This document shows positions 1 through 63,100 of a DNA stretch of 64,000 nt, piece after piece (position 1 is the first letter of the stretch; each line of letters starts with the position of its first letter). Below the pieces are notes generated by a model. That model ran no database searches and was not told where the DNA came from. It worked only from the letters and a program-made list of their open reading frames with translations. The stretch spans positions 1-64,000 of the forward strand of contig NMRA01000174.1 of the NCBI GenBank assembly GCA_002633005.1. The letters are read 5' to 3'. Position numbers and translations under genes: made by a program. Origin of the DNA: Phoronis australis (taxonomy: Eukaryota > Animalia > Phoronida).

Positions 1-102
1 TGTGCAGTACAATGGCATATTAGACACTTATACAATACTGTGCAGTACAATGGCATATTAGACACTTATACAATGCTGTGCAACACAGTGGAATAGACAC
101 TT
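1..102. repeat. 38-bp tandem repeat (2 copies plus a degenerate third), truncated by the window edge
   Basis: tgtgcagtacaatggcatattagacacttatacaatac at 1-38 and 39-76, then a decayed copy. Confidence 0.85.
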
Positions 103-345
103 AAACAAAATCTAAATAAAAATTAAAATGACCTGGAAAACAAATTTCTTTCCAATTTAAGAAGACATAATTTTTCATATCACTTGAAGCTGAAACTAAT
201 CCAGTGAATGCATATTGAAGTCTTAAGCAATCTAACCAGGACAATATTCTCTACACGCCTCTGTAGCAAAATGCATACAAGATCAAGCCAACCAAATTAA
301 TTATACTAAATTATCAAACTTCATAAAACAAATTATTTAACCTAC

Positions 346-493
346 ATGAGTCATCCTTCTTGGTCATCTGTTCATAACTAGGTGGTCTAGGTACATTGGC
401 ATTGGTGGTGAGTGTCGGATAATAAAGTAGCCAGTTCTCATAGCCTCCATCCAGCACAAGTGGTTCCGATCGGATAACAGTATTTTGATCCCA
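346..493 (-). CDS. USP8: Internal exon of ubiquitin-specific protease 8 (UBPY), C-terminal part of the rhodanese domain
   Basis: 148-nt exon between the acceptor ctgtctttcttgccag and the donor gtagg. It translates to [38 protein letters not shown], closely matching human USP8 [38 protein letters not shown] (recalled). Not in the ORF-track frame. Confidence 0.85.
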
Positions 494-1427
494 CTGGCAA
501 GAAAGACAGTATAGTTAGCAAGCCCTAAAGTAATGACCCAGAAGACGGTTGTTGTTGAGAATAATATTTTCAATTCAACTGTTTCTCACATTTGCAGTGC
601 TTAAGCCCGCCTTATATCAAAAAAATTACTTTTGATTTAGAGTGCTGCCCATTGTAACTGGTCTCAAATTGCTCCTTACTCAGATAAGTAGTGGGGAGGA
701 ATGAGTTGAGGAAAGTTTAGACTGCAAGCTCAAAGAAAGTGCCCTTTTAATAATGTAAGAGTTGTCCAGATATCATTAATTCAATTTCTGACCAGTGTAT
801 AAAACGCATTTTTTGAAAATATTAACAACATATCAAGTACACATTAGTCTTAAATTTTTCAATGTACCACTTGAAATAAGTGACAATTTCCTGGCAAACC
901 AGAACCCATCCTTCTTGCCCAAACTAATAGGAGACTTTTCATATTTGCGCTCTCTAGAGTAATGAGAGTGCAAATGTGACTTCCAATTTGTCCCGCCTCA
1001 GATTTAGTAGACAGAAATTCAAATTCAATAACTACATTGCAGTTTATAAATAGAAAAGCAAAGGAATAAATTCTACTGTCAGTCACTCCTAGTGTATGAT
1101 TAAGGTAGTTAAAGTTCGCTAATTTATTATAGCATTTTGACACTGTCTGGAATCGAAATTATCCTCTTGTATCAGCAGCAGCCACTGGCAATGGTACATC
1201 CCACCACACAGCAGTGAAAATTTGCCAGCCTTATAATAGTAAGCAAAGGTGTCAAAACGCTGCTTATACCAGTAGGTTGAAACCTCTCGTCCACATTACA
1301 TGGGATCTGTAGGTGGCGCTGAATGCCTGCCCACCAAAAACCTAACCAACATCTGGCAGGTTAGTGAATTTCAGTATGGCATGGCTATTTTGAAAATCAA
1401 CTGTTATCCATATCCCCTCAGGTCAGC

Positions 1428-1465
1428 AGGCCCCCTGGGCCCCCCCCCCCCTAAATCCGCCTATG
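1428..1465 (-). mobile_element. Solo terminal inverted repeat of a hAT-like MITE
   Basis: The reverse complement reads CATAGGCGGATTTAGGGGGGGGGGG...CCCAGGGGGCCTG, a common animal hAT-MITE terminus. No partner TIR seen. Confidence 0.45.
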
Positions 1466-1579
1466 CAACTTAAGACTGAGGGAGGTGCACGCAGATTTTG
1501 GACGGTTGAAGTTGGGAGCCTCGGCTTGGCAAAGTTTAAGTGTCCAACCTTTATGTTTTCTTATATATATATTATTGAG

Positions 1580-1779
1580 TGACGTCAAAACCCAAGCGCC
1601 TGTGGTCTACAGTTCACAGCTATGACAGATTGTTTCAATTATTCATCAAAAGGTGTCACTACAGGTATACAGGTGGGCGGAAATGCTCATGCGCAACTGC
1701 ACACGTTAAAAGGTGACTCAGTTGGGCTGTGTTTATAACTTCTCACATCGCATGATTATGACTTAACATTATTATAAAC
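1580..1779 (+). promoter_or_regulatory. Probable myosin V proximal promoter / 5' UTR
   Basis: CRE palindrome TGACGTCA 1580-1587, GC box GGGCGG 1675-1680, NRF1-like CATGCGCA 1688-1695 and AP-1 TGACTCA 1714-1720, all within 200 bp of the ATG. Confidence 0.55.
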
Positions 1780-51210
<49,431 letters not shown>

Positions 51211-53206
51211 ATTACGTCTGTTTGTTAATGAACGAAGGCATGAAAGATTCTTGTGTTCATTAAAGGATTTGATCAACTTTTGAATGTGTTTCAAATATCT
51301 ATTTCTGTTGATGGCAAATACGTGAATTACTGTATATGGTGCTGGAAAATCTTGAGCAGGGTAGGTGAGAAAATCTAGCCCCGTAAAAGCAAACAGTAAA
51401 ATACATTATTGAAGTATTTTACTGTGGCATTGGTGCATTTTCTGGTCAGGTTGCGATGTCATTTAGCATTTGAGAAATGTTCAAAAGTGGTGTTTGTTCC
51501 ATTAATGTTGACATAAAATAGAAGTCTTTGATTATTCGAAGAATATGTGATACTTTTAAGTATATTGGGTGCTGTTCTGTCTATTGTTGTTATTGTTATA
51601 CTGTCTAAGGATTTATGTAAATTGTATAAATAAATGTAAATTGTATAAATGAATGGCACAAATTTTTTTTGTTGTCCGAGTGGAGACACAAATCAGTACG
51701 TAGACGTCCATTTTGCTATAATGTCTACTGCTTGTTATTGCTAGCTGTGCGCAGGTTTTCTAAATAATGCTTGTGAGCAAGGTAAAAATGATTTTCAAAG
51801 ATCATCTTGCCTGTTGTTCTGAGGGCTTGTTGGTCCAGTTTCAGTAAATTTTGAAGGCAACGACTTGAAGAGTTGTAACTTCTTATGAGAAAAGGAAATT
51901 GCTTTGAGGAAATTCATTGCTGATTTGTTTTTTCGAAATTATGATTATACTGAGAGAGGAACAAATTTCAGAGTATAATCAATCAATTGAATTGTTTTGT
52001 CCAAGTTGCCTTTCTAAGCTGACTGAATTCTGCAGGCTTAGAAAGTACAGAAGAGACTAATTACATTAGGTGATTTCATGGAATTGATTTCTATGACTAG
52101 GTGAAGTATTTATCATTTTTGAAACAGTAAGTATCCCCAGTTAGTGTACATCTTAAAGTCCTACACAGCATTGATTAGGCCAAGCAGTAGTGACAAAGTT
52201 TCAACTGTGGTGAATCTTTGCGCTTAAGCAATCAGTGAACTCCATGGTGTTTTGTGATTAGGAAGGTTAATTTGCTGTAGTAAACAACAAAACAAAGGGT
52301 TCCACTCAAAAAACGTGACGCAGAACATTTTTAAGATGGTACTGCATAAGGCTCCAAGTCATTGTAAAACTTAACGCAAGGTGAAACGTAATTTATGTCC
52401 AGTTGTATCGACATTTCTAGTGTTGTGTTTGATGGTGTAGAAATATCTAGTACCTGTGTTATAATAAAATTCACCTTAAGTCTGTTGAGTCCAATCTAAA
52501 GTAGTATGGTGTGCAATTTGAATGGTGCATTCGTTCTAGGTGATGTAAGTTATTAAGTCACAATTTATTAATTTATTCTTCAGTCTCTAATGTTGATATT
52601 GTTACCACACGAAATACGACCATTCCATTTTCAAATAATGTATCATTTACTGTTTTTCTCTAGTCTTGTTTTTTATGAGAATAGACATGAATTAATTCCA
52701 TTGTTTAGTTTCGGAGGTAAAATACTGGGACTCTGCATAAATTGGTCTCTTTCAATCTTTTCTTTACCACCGACATTGAGAATACGAATATCTTGTAGTT
52801 AAAACCGTCTCAACCATTTGTAGTCTGCCATACTACCCATCTTGGTTTTTGTGGAGGTGTTTCTTTACACTGGTTAGCATATAATCAAGCTTATTATGTG
52901 AAAAATGTAAAATGGAGATTTGCTCTTCACCTATTATGCATTTGTGCTTGCGTTTGAATTTTTATTTCTCAACTTAACCTATGACCTTGTACGTTGTCAT
53001 ATTTGGGCAGAAAGGGACCTGATCAATGAATCAGTTGTGTCTTGTGTGTAAGTTGTCGGATTTACCTGTGGAAAGGTATCAAAATAAGATGGTCTTCATA
53101 AGACTTTTTGTTAAGTTCTGTAATAATTATGTGGGAATCAGGGCTAGTAGAATTGATCAATATGTGTTGAAGCTTATTTGTTACAGAATTCATCATTTAG
53201 TTAAAG

Positions 53207-53212
53207 AATAAA
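53207..53212 (+). terminator. Candidate distal poly(A) signal of myosin V
   Basis: AATAAA followed by T/GT-rich sequence near the end of the T/G-skewed 3' region; other AATAAA occur upstream. Confidence 0.4.
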
Positions 53213-53542
53213 TGCTTTTTGTTGATTTTTAGAAACACATACGAACATGTTGTTGAATTATTTCCTTATTGTTGCATTGTTTCAGCGTTATTTTGGTAAT
53301 GAACACACAACAGATGATTTGGACTAAGATCACGCAAAATTCTGCATAAAGTCTAAATACCAGACCATGAATTCTGTGTTGTTGATGAACGTTCAAATCT
53401 GTTGCTGATAGTAGATGGAACCCTTGAGTAAAGAAAAAACTTTGGTAAACAAGAGTTAATAATAATTTGTGGATTAGCTATGACACGCTATTTTCTTCGT
53501 TCAGGGCAAAGAAGCAAACCACAGTAAGCAGTTCTGATAATT

Positions 53543-53548
53543 TTTATT
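53543..53548 (-). terminator. Candidate poly(A) signal of DESI2
   Basis: AATAAA on - followed by tgtggtttgcttctttg; strand composition switches to A/C-rich on + from here. Confidence 0.45.
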
Positions 53549-55672
53549 TGCACCATTTTAGGCAAGTTAGTCAGACATCATTCACGGATAAAACAACTGA
53601 CTGCTTAAAGACAAATTTATAGAACATGAAAGACTACTAAAAAGATGAAAACACTGACGCTTTAGTATACTCAGCAATAAGACTTAAAGAAATGGATATA
53701 CAAGTTTAATTGTTCTACATAAATTCAAATACCTATCCAAGGCACATGTGCGCTAATTAGCCTCACAAGCACTATTGGTCGGGTGGTGCCGAGCACTGCA
53801 AAGCCTAGCACAAATGCCATGCACCAAGCTTGGCCTGCTGCCTCATATGCAGGAAAGCCAAGCCCATAACTTGTACCAGTTTCTCACAAACAAAAATAGT
53901 GGTCAGTGAAATATGCCAGATGAGCTACTTTGTTCAATTGTCTTATTTTCTCACCTTCATGTGATCTATGTGCTTAGCTTACAGGTGGATGAGCGCTTAG
54001 CTCTTAGTCTGCTGCAAGCCTCAGGATTCCTGCAGCTCACTGGATGGGAAAGAAAAAGGAAAATTGGCCTTGCTCCTCTTGCACACCTACGTTATTTTAT
54101 AAGCAGATAAAGCAAGGGCTACAACTGTTTTCTAGTAAAATTGCAGAAAACAACATGGGCATTTTTAACATACATGCAAATCTGTTCTATGACCACGTTA
54201 CCAAGGCAACGTCAAGTGTTGCATTAAGTTCTTACTGTAAACAGTAGCTTTTGCACTTAATACTGACAGCTGGATTGTCAAAGTAAAGCTTGCTCGTTTT
54301 AGTATACAAAATATGCCACTACAGGATTCCTCGAATAATCTCACTTTCAGAACCAAGGCCAAAACGATGTATTATCCATTTGACAGTTGATCCTTACAAG
54401 CTTTGGAGAAGTGCTTAACAGGAACATGCTCGCTACATTCCTCAAACCCTTGCATAGAGATAGTTTTTAAACGGTCCTTATGAGTGGATAGAGAGCCTGA
54501 TGAGTGCCACAACCCCATGTAACAATTACCTTGCAGTTAGGTTCATTAGAGCAGGCTATCATGCCAAAAGACATTGTGATCACTATGGGACAGCTTATAC
54601 AAGTAGAATGTAAATACAGTGTACGTTCTGGACGCATTAGGAGTGGTGAATTACATACATTTAAATGGTAAAGAAATCGGTACTGACAAAAACTGACTAT
54701 GTAGTGTTTTCTTTTGAAAGAATCCCAGATGCTACATTTTTGTGAGGACAATTTGACCAACTATCTTAGTATGTTATCTAAGCACCACAAAAATCAAAAC
54801 GCTACTATAACCCCAAAAAATTATGACTACAAAACTAATGAGCTTGGTCGGAGGTAAACTTACAGATTTCTACTACAACTAGTATTTGCTCAGATCTTTA
54901 CTCTAGTTGATAATTCTAGCTGATCTTCCAGATCTGAAGATTCAATTGCACATTTATAAATTTCAACTCGTGCTGACATTTTACACAAACATACTGTAAA
55001 CTTTGAACAACATTTTCAAGTTTACAATAAACATTCTCCAAAAACTAATTCATTTTTCTCACTTTTCTAAGGCATGTTGAAAATGCTCAAAATTTAAAAA
55101 AAAATGATGACATCAGTCCAAACCAGTCCTGTCAGGTACACGACAACTTTCTTTAACATTTCTTTTTATCAAATTTTGAAAAAGTAAAATTGCACTTTTC
55201 AGCCAAGCTCGTATGCAAACTGAAGAATGTTTACCATAAACTATGACACTTTCTCTCACATACACATGAGTGGAAATCCATAGCAAACTGCCTTTCAATC
55301 TCATCAGACCTAATCATGCCAAAATCTAAAGCACAAAATATCACAACCACTTCAAGTATGGCATACAACCAGTGGAAGACAGGGTACAATTAAGCACAGT
55401 TTGCACGTTTAATAGATCAAATTTCGGTAAAAAACTTTCAATGTGTTCAGGCTATCTGCATCAACTGTAGCCCAACAAACATGAAATTACATTGAGGAGC
55501 ATTAGATAGAAGCGTAGCCGTGTCAGCAGAACTGAAAGAAGCTGGTCTGATTTGAGAGAAAAATGTAGACTTTGGCCATATAAAAGTCAAATTGGTGGCA
55601 ACTCAATCGTGCCACATGGAACACGGGGGGACGAAGAGAGTTAGTAAACTGGAGCGAGACCTGCCTTACAAA

Positions 55673-56609
55673 CATGGTGCCTCAATGCATGAAATACTCC
55701 ACAAAGAGATTGAATCATAAAGTTACGTCTCCAGCTCTCAGCTCATCATTTCAGCAATTCAATGTTATAAGAGAGATACTATAATCTCTTTTTACTCTAC
55801 TCTAATTCATATTATGTCAAAAATAACAGAGGTAGCAAATTAGTTCATGAAATAGCATTGATGATTGCTTCATCTTTAAAGATTCTAGTCTAGAAATATC
55901 ACAAACCCAAAGAGTCAATCCTAAGGCCCAGCATACACAGATAGCTCTGACATAAGCTTTTTGTCTGGGCCGTGAACCATAGCTGAACTGACAACTTACA
56001 TGAAGGTGAGAATGATTGAATGAACTAGTAGCTCGTTTATTAAACTGTCACATTTTCAAACCTTGGGTGAGCAGTCAGCTCAGCTATGGTTCACTAGGGG
56101 CAGACAACTCAGCTCATGGCTATCCATCTGTGCCGATTCTANCATGGTGCCTCAATGCATGAAATACTCCACAAAGAGATTGAATTATAAAGTTACGTCT
56201 CCAGCTCTCAGCACATCATTTCAGCAATTCAATGTTATAAGAGAGATACTATAATCTCTTTTTACTCTACTCTAATTCATATTATGTCAAAAATAACAGA
56301 GGTAGCAAATTAGTTCATGAAATAGCATTGATGATTACTTCATCTTTAAAGATTCTAGTCTAGAAATATTACAAACCCAAGAGTCAATCCTAAGGCCCAG
56401 CATACACAGATAGCTCTGACATAAGCTTTTTGTCTGGGCCATGAACCATAGCTGAACTGACAACTTAATGAAGGTGAGAATGATTGAATGAACTAGTAGC
56501 TCGTTTATTAAACTGTTACATTTTCAAACCATGGGTGAGCAGTCAGCTCAGCTATGGTTCACTAGGGGCAGACAACTCAGCTCATGGCTATCCATCTGTG
56601 CCGATTCTA
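55673..56609. repeat. About 469-bp tandem duplicate joined by a single N (56142); probable assembly overlap
   Basis: 55673-56141 is nearly identical to 56143-56609. Confidence 0.9.
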
Positions 56610-56984
56610 AAGTCAAAAGAACAGCTCTTTACAACATACTCCTGAATAGAGATGAGTCAAATTCAGAATTATGTTACCATGAGATGTATATACTTTTCTA
56701 GAGAAGTTCTGATCTTTCTTTTCATTGAAATATAACAGATGTTAAATCAACAAAAATATTTTCAAATGTGAAAAATAGTCAATCGAAATCTCCAAATCGA
56801 AATCTTGTTCAAAGGCACACAAAACCAGTCTGAATATCACAAATATTACAGAACTTTCCCATTTTCTTCCACCCATATCTTAGAGAGAACTAAATCCCAC
56901 TGAAAAATCTTGTCAGCTCCTGAACCAGCAGAATTGTGTGCAGTAAACCGATACCAGGTGTTACAGCAAAATAAAATGAATCAA

Positions 56985-57240
56985 TGAGCACCATTCCTCT
57001 TTAATGTTAGTAACGAGGAAACAGATGTGACTGTACAAGAATGCAAAACACAGCTCACCAACTGATAAGACCCTTTTCCATGTTCCTATTTAATGTTGAT
57101 AACAGGCAAAAGATGTCACAGAACAAAAAAGTGAAACACAGCTCACAAAGTGATGACCCCTTTCATGTTCCTATTGAATGTTGGTAACAGACAACAGGTG
57201 TCATTGTACAAGAAAGCGAAACAGATCACCAAATGGTGAG
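56985..57240. repeat. Degenerate tandem repeat, unit about 88 bp, x3
   Basis: aatgtt(a/g)(g/a)taac...gtcac...aaacacagctcac recurs three times. Confidence 0.65.
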
Positions 57241-57586
57241 CTCATGCTCATTGTTTAAATCCATAAACTATGAAACTTTTTAGCTGAGCAGATTAGTCTC
57301 CACAAATAATATAATAATGTAATACAACAACAAAATGGAAGAAAGTTAATTCGAAATTTCTGTAAAAGATAAAACACTGACAAATCCTAAATTATTTTTT
57401 ATATTTACTCTGTAACTTTAACATTAAAGTGTTTTTAAAAGGAATCCATGAAAAAATCATATGAAGGAACCAGTTTTCAAAACCACCATGTGCTTACTAC
57501 ACAAAACACACAACTGCAACCTCGGATGCACAGAAGATTCGAAAATGCACTTTGGAAATTGTGCTGCATAAATAAATGAAACCCTA

Positions 57587-57757
57587 TCATGAAGTCTTAG
57601 GTATACTGCTTCCACTTGGTTTGGGGCTGTTGAGGGACTGTTGTAATGCCACAGGGGTCAGCCACTCCTTGGGTAGGGCTTTCTCCAAGAATGGTATACA
57701 CGTGCTAACATACGCCAGCCTGTTCACATAGCTTGGTAATTCCTTGCCACATAGAAT
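57587..57757 (-). CDS. DESI2: DESI2 last coding exon
   Basis: [56 protein letters not shown]. Confidence 0.93.
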   Translation of the reverse strand: MLCGKELPSYVNRLAYVSTCIPFLEKALPKEWLTPVALQQSLNSPKPSGSSIPKTS

Positions 57758-60150
57758 CTAAGTGATTACAAAAATAAATGTCTAATATAAACCTCACATG
57801 GAAAACGACATATAAAGAGCCAAAAAAGCTCAACTGTTCGATTCTGGTACGATATTTTTGTGTATTAATAACATAGGAGTTTGTTTTGAGCTGTAACTTT
57901 TTCTAAACACACATTTCATCCAAATCCAGCTTCAGTGATACAGCAACTATGTTTATAGTTTAGATTTACTTCATAATACGCAAGTTTGCTTTAGCAACAT
58001 GTGCAGAAGAATTTCTATTTTGTTCTAAACCAAGTTGGATTTCAGGGTTCAAGACAGTGCACCGTAAATAAGCCCACTCGATGAAATGACCCACGGGCGT
58101 TTATTTGTAAAATTATGCAAAATACACGCCAATGGGCATTCATTTGGTGTTACAACTTGCGGTGTCAAGTGTCCGGACAATGGGGGGTTTATTGGGAAAT
58201 TTTCCTCTTAAAAAGCTCATTCAGTGTCAGCTTTTTGTCACAAATTCATTTTCGTGGAGCTTTTATCATTTATAAAAACGAACAGTGCTGGCAAACTATG
58301 CATTTAACATAAAACTTAAAAACGCAGTTTTAAGCAAAAAAATGTCAAAGTCAGCACAACTGTGGCTTTCCGTTTGCATTGCCTCCTTTTCCAAATAAAC
58401 GCACAATTCGCGGTAACATTAGACAAATTCAAGGAGCCTGTTCTTACCTGTGCCAGCGAGGCGGTGAAATTATTGCAGTTGTTGTTCAATAGATGGTATT
58501 TGTCACCACCGAATTCTCTTCCCATCTGGTCCACGATTTTACCGATCTCCTGAGCTGTGAAGTCTGTTGTTCCCAAAGTGATTGATTCCCTAAAAAGCAG
58601 ATTGAAGGCGATTGAAAACATGCGTAACACTTAAGACCATGATTTCCGCATTCACAAAACCTCAACATGTTCACGGTACCCATTTGGATAAAAGGAAATT
58701 CATTTAAATTGAGAAACTGACACTACACGTTAAATGAAACGAAACAATTTAGTTAGAACAATTCTATAACTACTATCACACATTTTGAGGTGTGAGCATT
58801 CACATCAGTGTTATAGAAGCTTTGAAAAATGAAAAAGACACTAATACTTTTTACTTCATGGTAATACTTTTTGCCTGAAATTGGTGATATTTTATCATAA
58901 AATGTGGCGAAGTGTTACCTAGCACTGAAACGTGAGAAATGTTGCTGCAAGCAGCACAAATCAAGCTTGTGTCAGTTGAGTGAACATTACTGGAGTTCAG
59001 GTAAGGAACGTACTGAACTGAGATTGAAATTTTTTCCTCGTTGAAAATTTGCGTATGTGGATGTTTTCTCCATGACTGCTATACCATGACGAACAACGTA
59101 GCCGTCATCTTGTTACCAGTGAGATTATAATGTACACTTTCAATGAGTTCAGAGTTGCTTCTACACATTAGCATAATATCGGTTACATGCAAACAAGAGC
59201 TAAACATTTTGACTATATACCCAAAAATTTGTATAGCATGAACAAAAACAGTTTACATATCAAATACAACTAAATGGAATGAAATTAATTTTACACTCTG
59301 GTAATATGAATGCAATTTCAAGGGCAACATGGCCGCATTGATGAGTCGCTCCTGAACTGATGTACTGGGATTCTGGTCACCAAAATAGACAAGGGCGGTC
59401 CATGTTGTTCTGATCTCGGCCAAACTGCAAATTTGTATTCAAAAAGGCTTGCAGATTGATACGAAGAAAAAAACAGTGTACTATTGCATGTAATATATAC
59501 TTAATTTCGTATATATTTTCAAGTTAACAAGATAATCCTACAGACTAGGATTTTAACTAGTCAACTGGTGATTATAACAAATAACACTATAGCAGGCAAG
59601 GGGTCTCCAGGGAATTATATTGATCTGTAGCTTTACAGATAACAGTCGACGTTCTTGACCCAGCAATGTCTTATCTCTCGAAGAAAACAATTCTATCAAT
59701 TTCATAATGATGTATACGAATTATGATTAGGAAGTTAATCCCTAGGGTTTAACTGTAACAGTAACATATATTTTTGAATGGAAGTACATACTACAGAATT
59801 ACAGACTGGAAACTTTGAACAGTGTCGTTGGACATCATACAGCAAAATATGTTCCACAAGGAACCATGTAAATAGTTCACAATGTAGGCCGAATGCCAAG
59901 CATTGTTATTCTAATAATAGTGGAGTTGGGCGAGGTGTCACCTACTATACCTGCAAGTCAAGGCATGCCTGAAATCTTCAATCAAAAAATTAGTAAATAC
60001 AAAGAAAAATAAACTACGATAACAAAACTTAAAACAAAATTAGCAACAATACTAACTTAAACTTAAACTGTTCACCGAGCTCTTCTGTGTCCTTAGGCTG
60101 AATTTCAAATATTCCACTGAATGGAAAGGGATGGCCACCATAGGCATATT
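57587..60150 (-). CDS. DESI2: Desumoylating isopeptidase 2 (PPPDE1), last three coding exons; 5' exons not found in the window
   Basis: [16 protein letters not shown] / LGTTDF...[11 protein letters not shown] / [16 protein letters not shown]...LPKEWLTP; phases consistent. Confidence 0.93.
58448..58589 (-). CDS. DESI2: DESI2 exon with the catalytic Cys (NCN motif)
   Basis: [47 protein letters not shown]; 142 nt, tttag / gtaag. Confidence 0.93.
60057..60150 (-). CDS. DESI2: DESI2 internal exon
   Basis: [32 protein letters not shown]; 94 nt, ttcag / gttag. Confidence 0.93.
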
Positions 60151-63100
60151 CTGAAACATAAACCGGCTTGATAAACCAAGGCAATGCTATACCATGTTGA
60201 AAAATTTCACTAATAAATACTATCAATTTACCGTGTTGGCACACAAGGAAATTTTCACAATCATATGCAGGGTTCATTTCAGTGAAATACTGCAACGGGT
60301 CAATTTTTTCAAAGAGCCTGACTTTTCAGTTTACCATAGTCACGTTAACGCAATTCACACCAGTGCTATCACAATTGAACATCAGGAATACACTGGTAAC
60401 ACTTGGCGCATATAAAAAATGAACCCTGGATAAGAGCCCGTATGAATTAACTGAGCCACCATCATATTGAAGCATGACTAACTGTAACAAATAAAAACTT
60501 AACATTGATGAATTGGAACAACACTTCCAGGACACATAAATAAGCCATCATTTCCTTAAACTATGAAAATGTCTACAGGCAACAAATAGGCATATACACG
60601 GATAATCTGACAAATTCCTTCTTACCATATGTTTCCCAATGTAATTACACTTGTTTGTGGCATGCCTCAAAACTTGCTGTTCCAAACATTCACAAAAACC
60701 AGCCATCGTAGGAGAGTTGAAATAATAAGACAACTCTAAGTTCTGCACAAGTCCATGAGGACTACTCAGGTGAAATAAATAGCCGCGAGTCGAGAGATTT
60801 CCGGTAGTGATTTATTAATGACTTGGAAAGCTATATTTCGTGAGAACAAATCAACAGGGCAATGGGAATGATGTGTGAAGTTTTCATGTAAATTTCATGA
60901 ATCACCGAGTAAACAGCTTAAAAGGTTAATTACAAATTCCGCAATAAGTGTAGTCACAAGTTGTCCTGTATGCATGACTCAGCCTGCCCAAGGCATACTA
61001 GTGTAGCTCAGCACTCTCCTGTGTACAACAGAGTTATTGATGACCTGCAAGGACCGTTTCAGGAAAAGTGTCTTAGACTAGAGTCGGAAATTTCACCTTG
61101 GCACTCCACACAACTGTTCCCAAAAATATTTTAAAGAAATTTCAACAAGCTACAAAATCTATGAGAATATTGTAATTACTGGTAATTATAATTATCGTTT
61201 TACTATCATTTGCGAACAATTACATTTGCAACAATTTTATTTAGAGATAGCGATGTGGGAGCACAACATCATTAAGGCTTAAAAGCCTGTTCCAAGCTTT
61301 ATTGAGATTATGCAACTTTTAATGAAATCAAAAGCGCATACCACCAACTCCCGCTTTTGTCTTAACATCAATAGGCTAATATTGCAAGTTGCTAACATTA
61401 GACACAGGCTAAATTAAAGACAATTCCATTCATGAGTCATTTTGATGAATAAGTTCCACGTTTTGGTTAACACGTGGCCTTTGGGTAACCAAAAAAGGGA
61501 AATAGACTGTTGCCGCTGCCGCTTGCGTCTCACATCGATGTTGTCCTCTGTACGTGGTATCAAGTGGCCAAAATTTACTATTTATAGACTATGTTGCCCA
61601 CGAACTGTCAACTTGGTATGTGACTTCATATGACTTTGCAAATAATTAATGGATGTTTGAACTTTTAACAGTCACTTTTCATTAAACAGGCCCAAATTTC
61701 AAGAGAGAAATTCAAAACTGTGTTTCCACCTCGTTAACTTTCAGGTAAACTGTCTCAGGTGATTACTTGAGACATCATGCTGGCAAAATTCCAGGACATT
61801 TTGTCACACCAGATTTCACACCATGGTGACTGATCTGTAAATGGACCGATGAAGGACAAGATGAATTCCTATTAAGCCTTAAAGGGATTATTCAAAGCGG
61901 TAATTCGGCCCGTATAGCTAGCTAAAAACAAAAATTGAATCTGGCCTTTACTCTCATAAAACTGGTCTCCATAATATTCCTTACTGCTATGGGAATAGGA
62001 TTCTACTTAAGTTACAAAGAAGAATGTTCATTAAGACCATCAGTGACTCAAGAAACTGCTTCAAAGTTAACTGGAATTGACCATCCTCAAGGACATACCT
62101 TAGCAGTCGCTCAGTCGGCCAAGGCAACTAAATGTCGAACCAGGTGCCAAAATTTCGCCTAGGTGACGACCTAGCTTCATAATGAGCAATAATTAGTTTC
62201 TAAACATTCATGAAATGAGATTGACATTTAGAAGTGAAGTAACTCAAAGTTCTGCGCGATCGAGTATTATAATTGCGATAAACATGTTTAATGTCTTTTC
62301 GACAGATGGAGCGCCGTGGGAATACCGCAACCATATTTGGGCAAAGCCAGTATTTCCTGTTTATGTCTAACAACATCCTGGCAATTTCAAAGTCAATTTT
62401 AGATTTAAACGCATTTTCTGACAATTACCATATAATGCAGCCTCATGAACAGAAATAACAAATACATTTGCATCGAGGCCAATTAAAACACATCAGGGTC
62501 AATCAAAAACATCTCACTGCTTTTCAGAGCTTGAGAGACAAAGTTGACAAAGCGTTTTGTAGCCAGTGTTTCAGACCCTCGGAAGGGCGAACACTACAAA
62601 CAAACAGAACGCAAATATCACGAGCATTATGAAGAAAACACAAGAAGCCCGTTCAATCATTTCAAAACGCTTGGACAGTGAACAGGTCGTGGGCTAACCG
62701 ACAAGGAACACAGCAAGAAATGCACTAATTTTTCATTAAAAATAATTTTAGACCTGCACGCCATATCATAGCAGTCCAAAAATATGAGACAGCAGAGACA
62801 CTACGAAAGTTTTTTTCTGTCACAGTCTACACGACAATGATCTGTTAGTGTGTTCAAAAAAATCTTTCCACTGAAATTGCAATTTCATTAGTTCACTGAC
62901 ATGGAGTCTGACCTTTTAGTAAGCCTACGTACATAGATCGATGGTCATACCTAAAACAACGAACAACCGTACTTCGATGTCTGGTGTCCAGAAAGAGTGG
63001 CCTTGACAAAAGCGATAAGTTTTAGCTTTTCCATAGACTTGGAGACGTGGAACTTATTGGTTTGAATTTTCAGTCATTTCCCAGCCTAATCATCTGGCTT

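Noticed and set aside
364-573. 69-aa ORF-track protein
   Set aside because: Wrong frame; the real coding frame is the USP8 exon 346-493.
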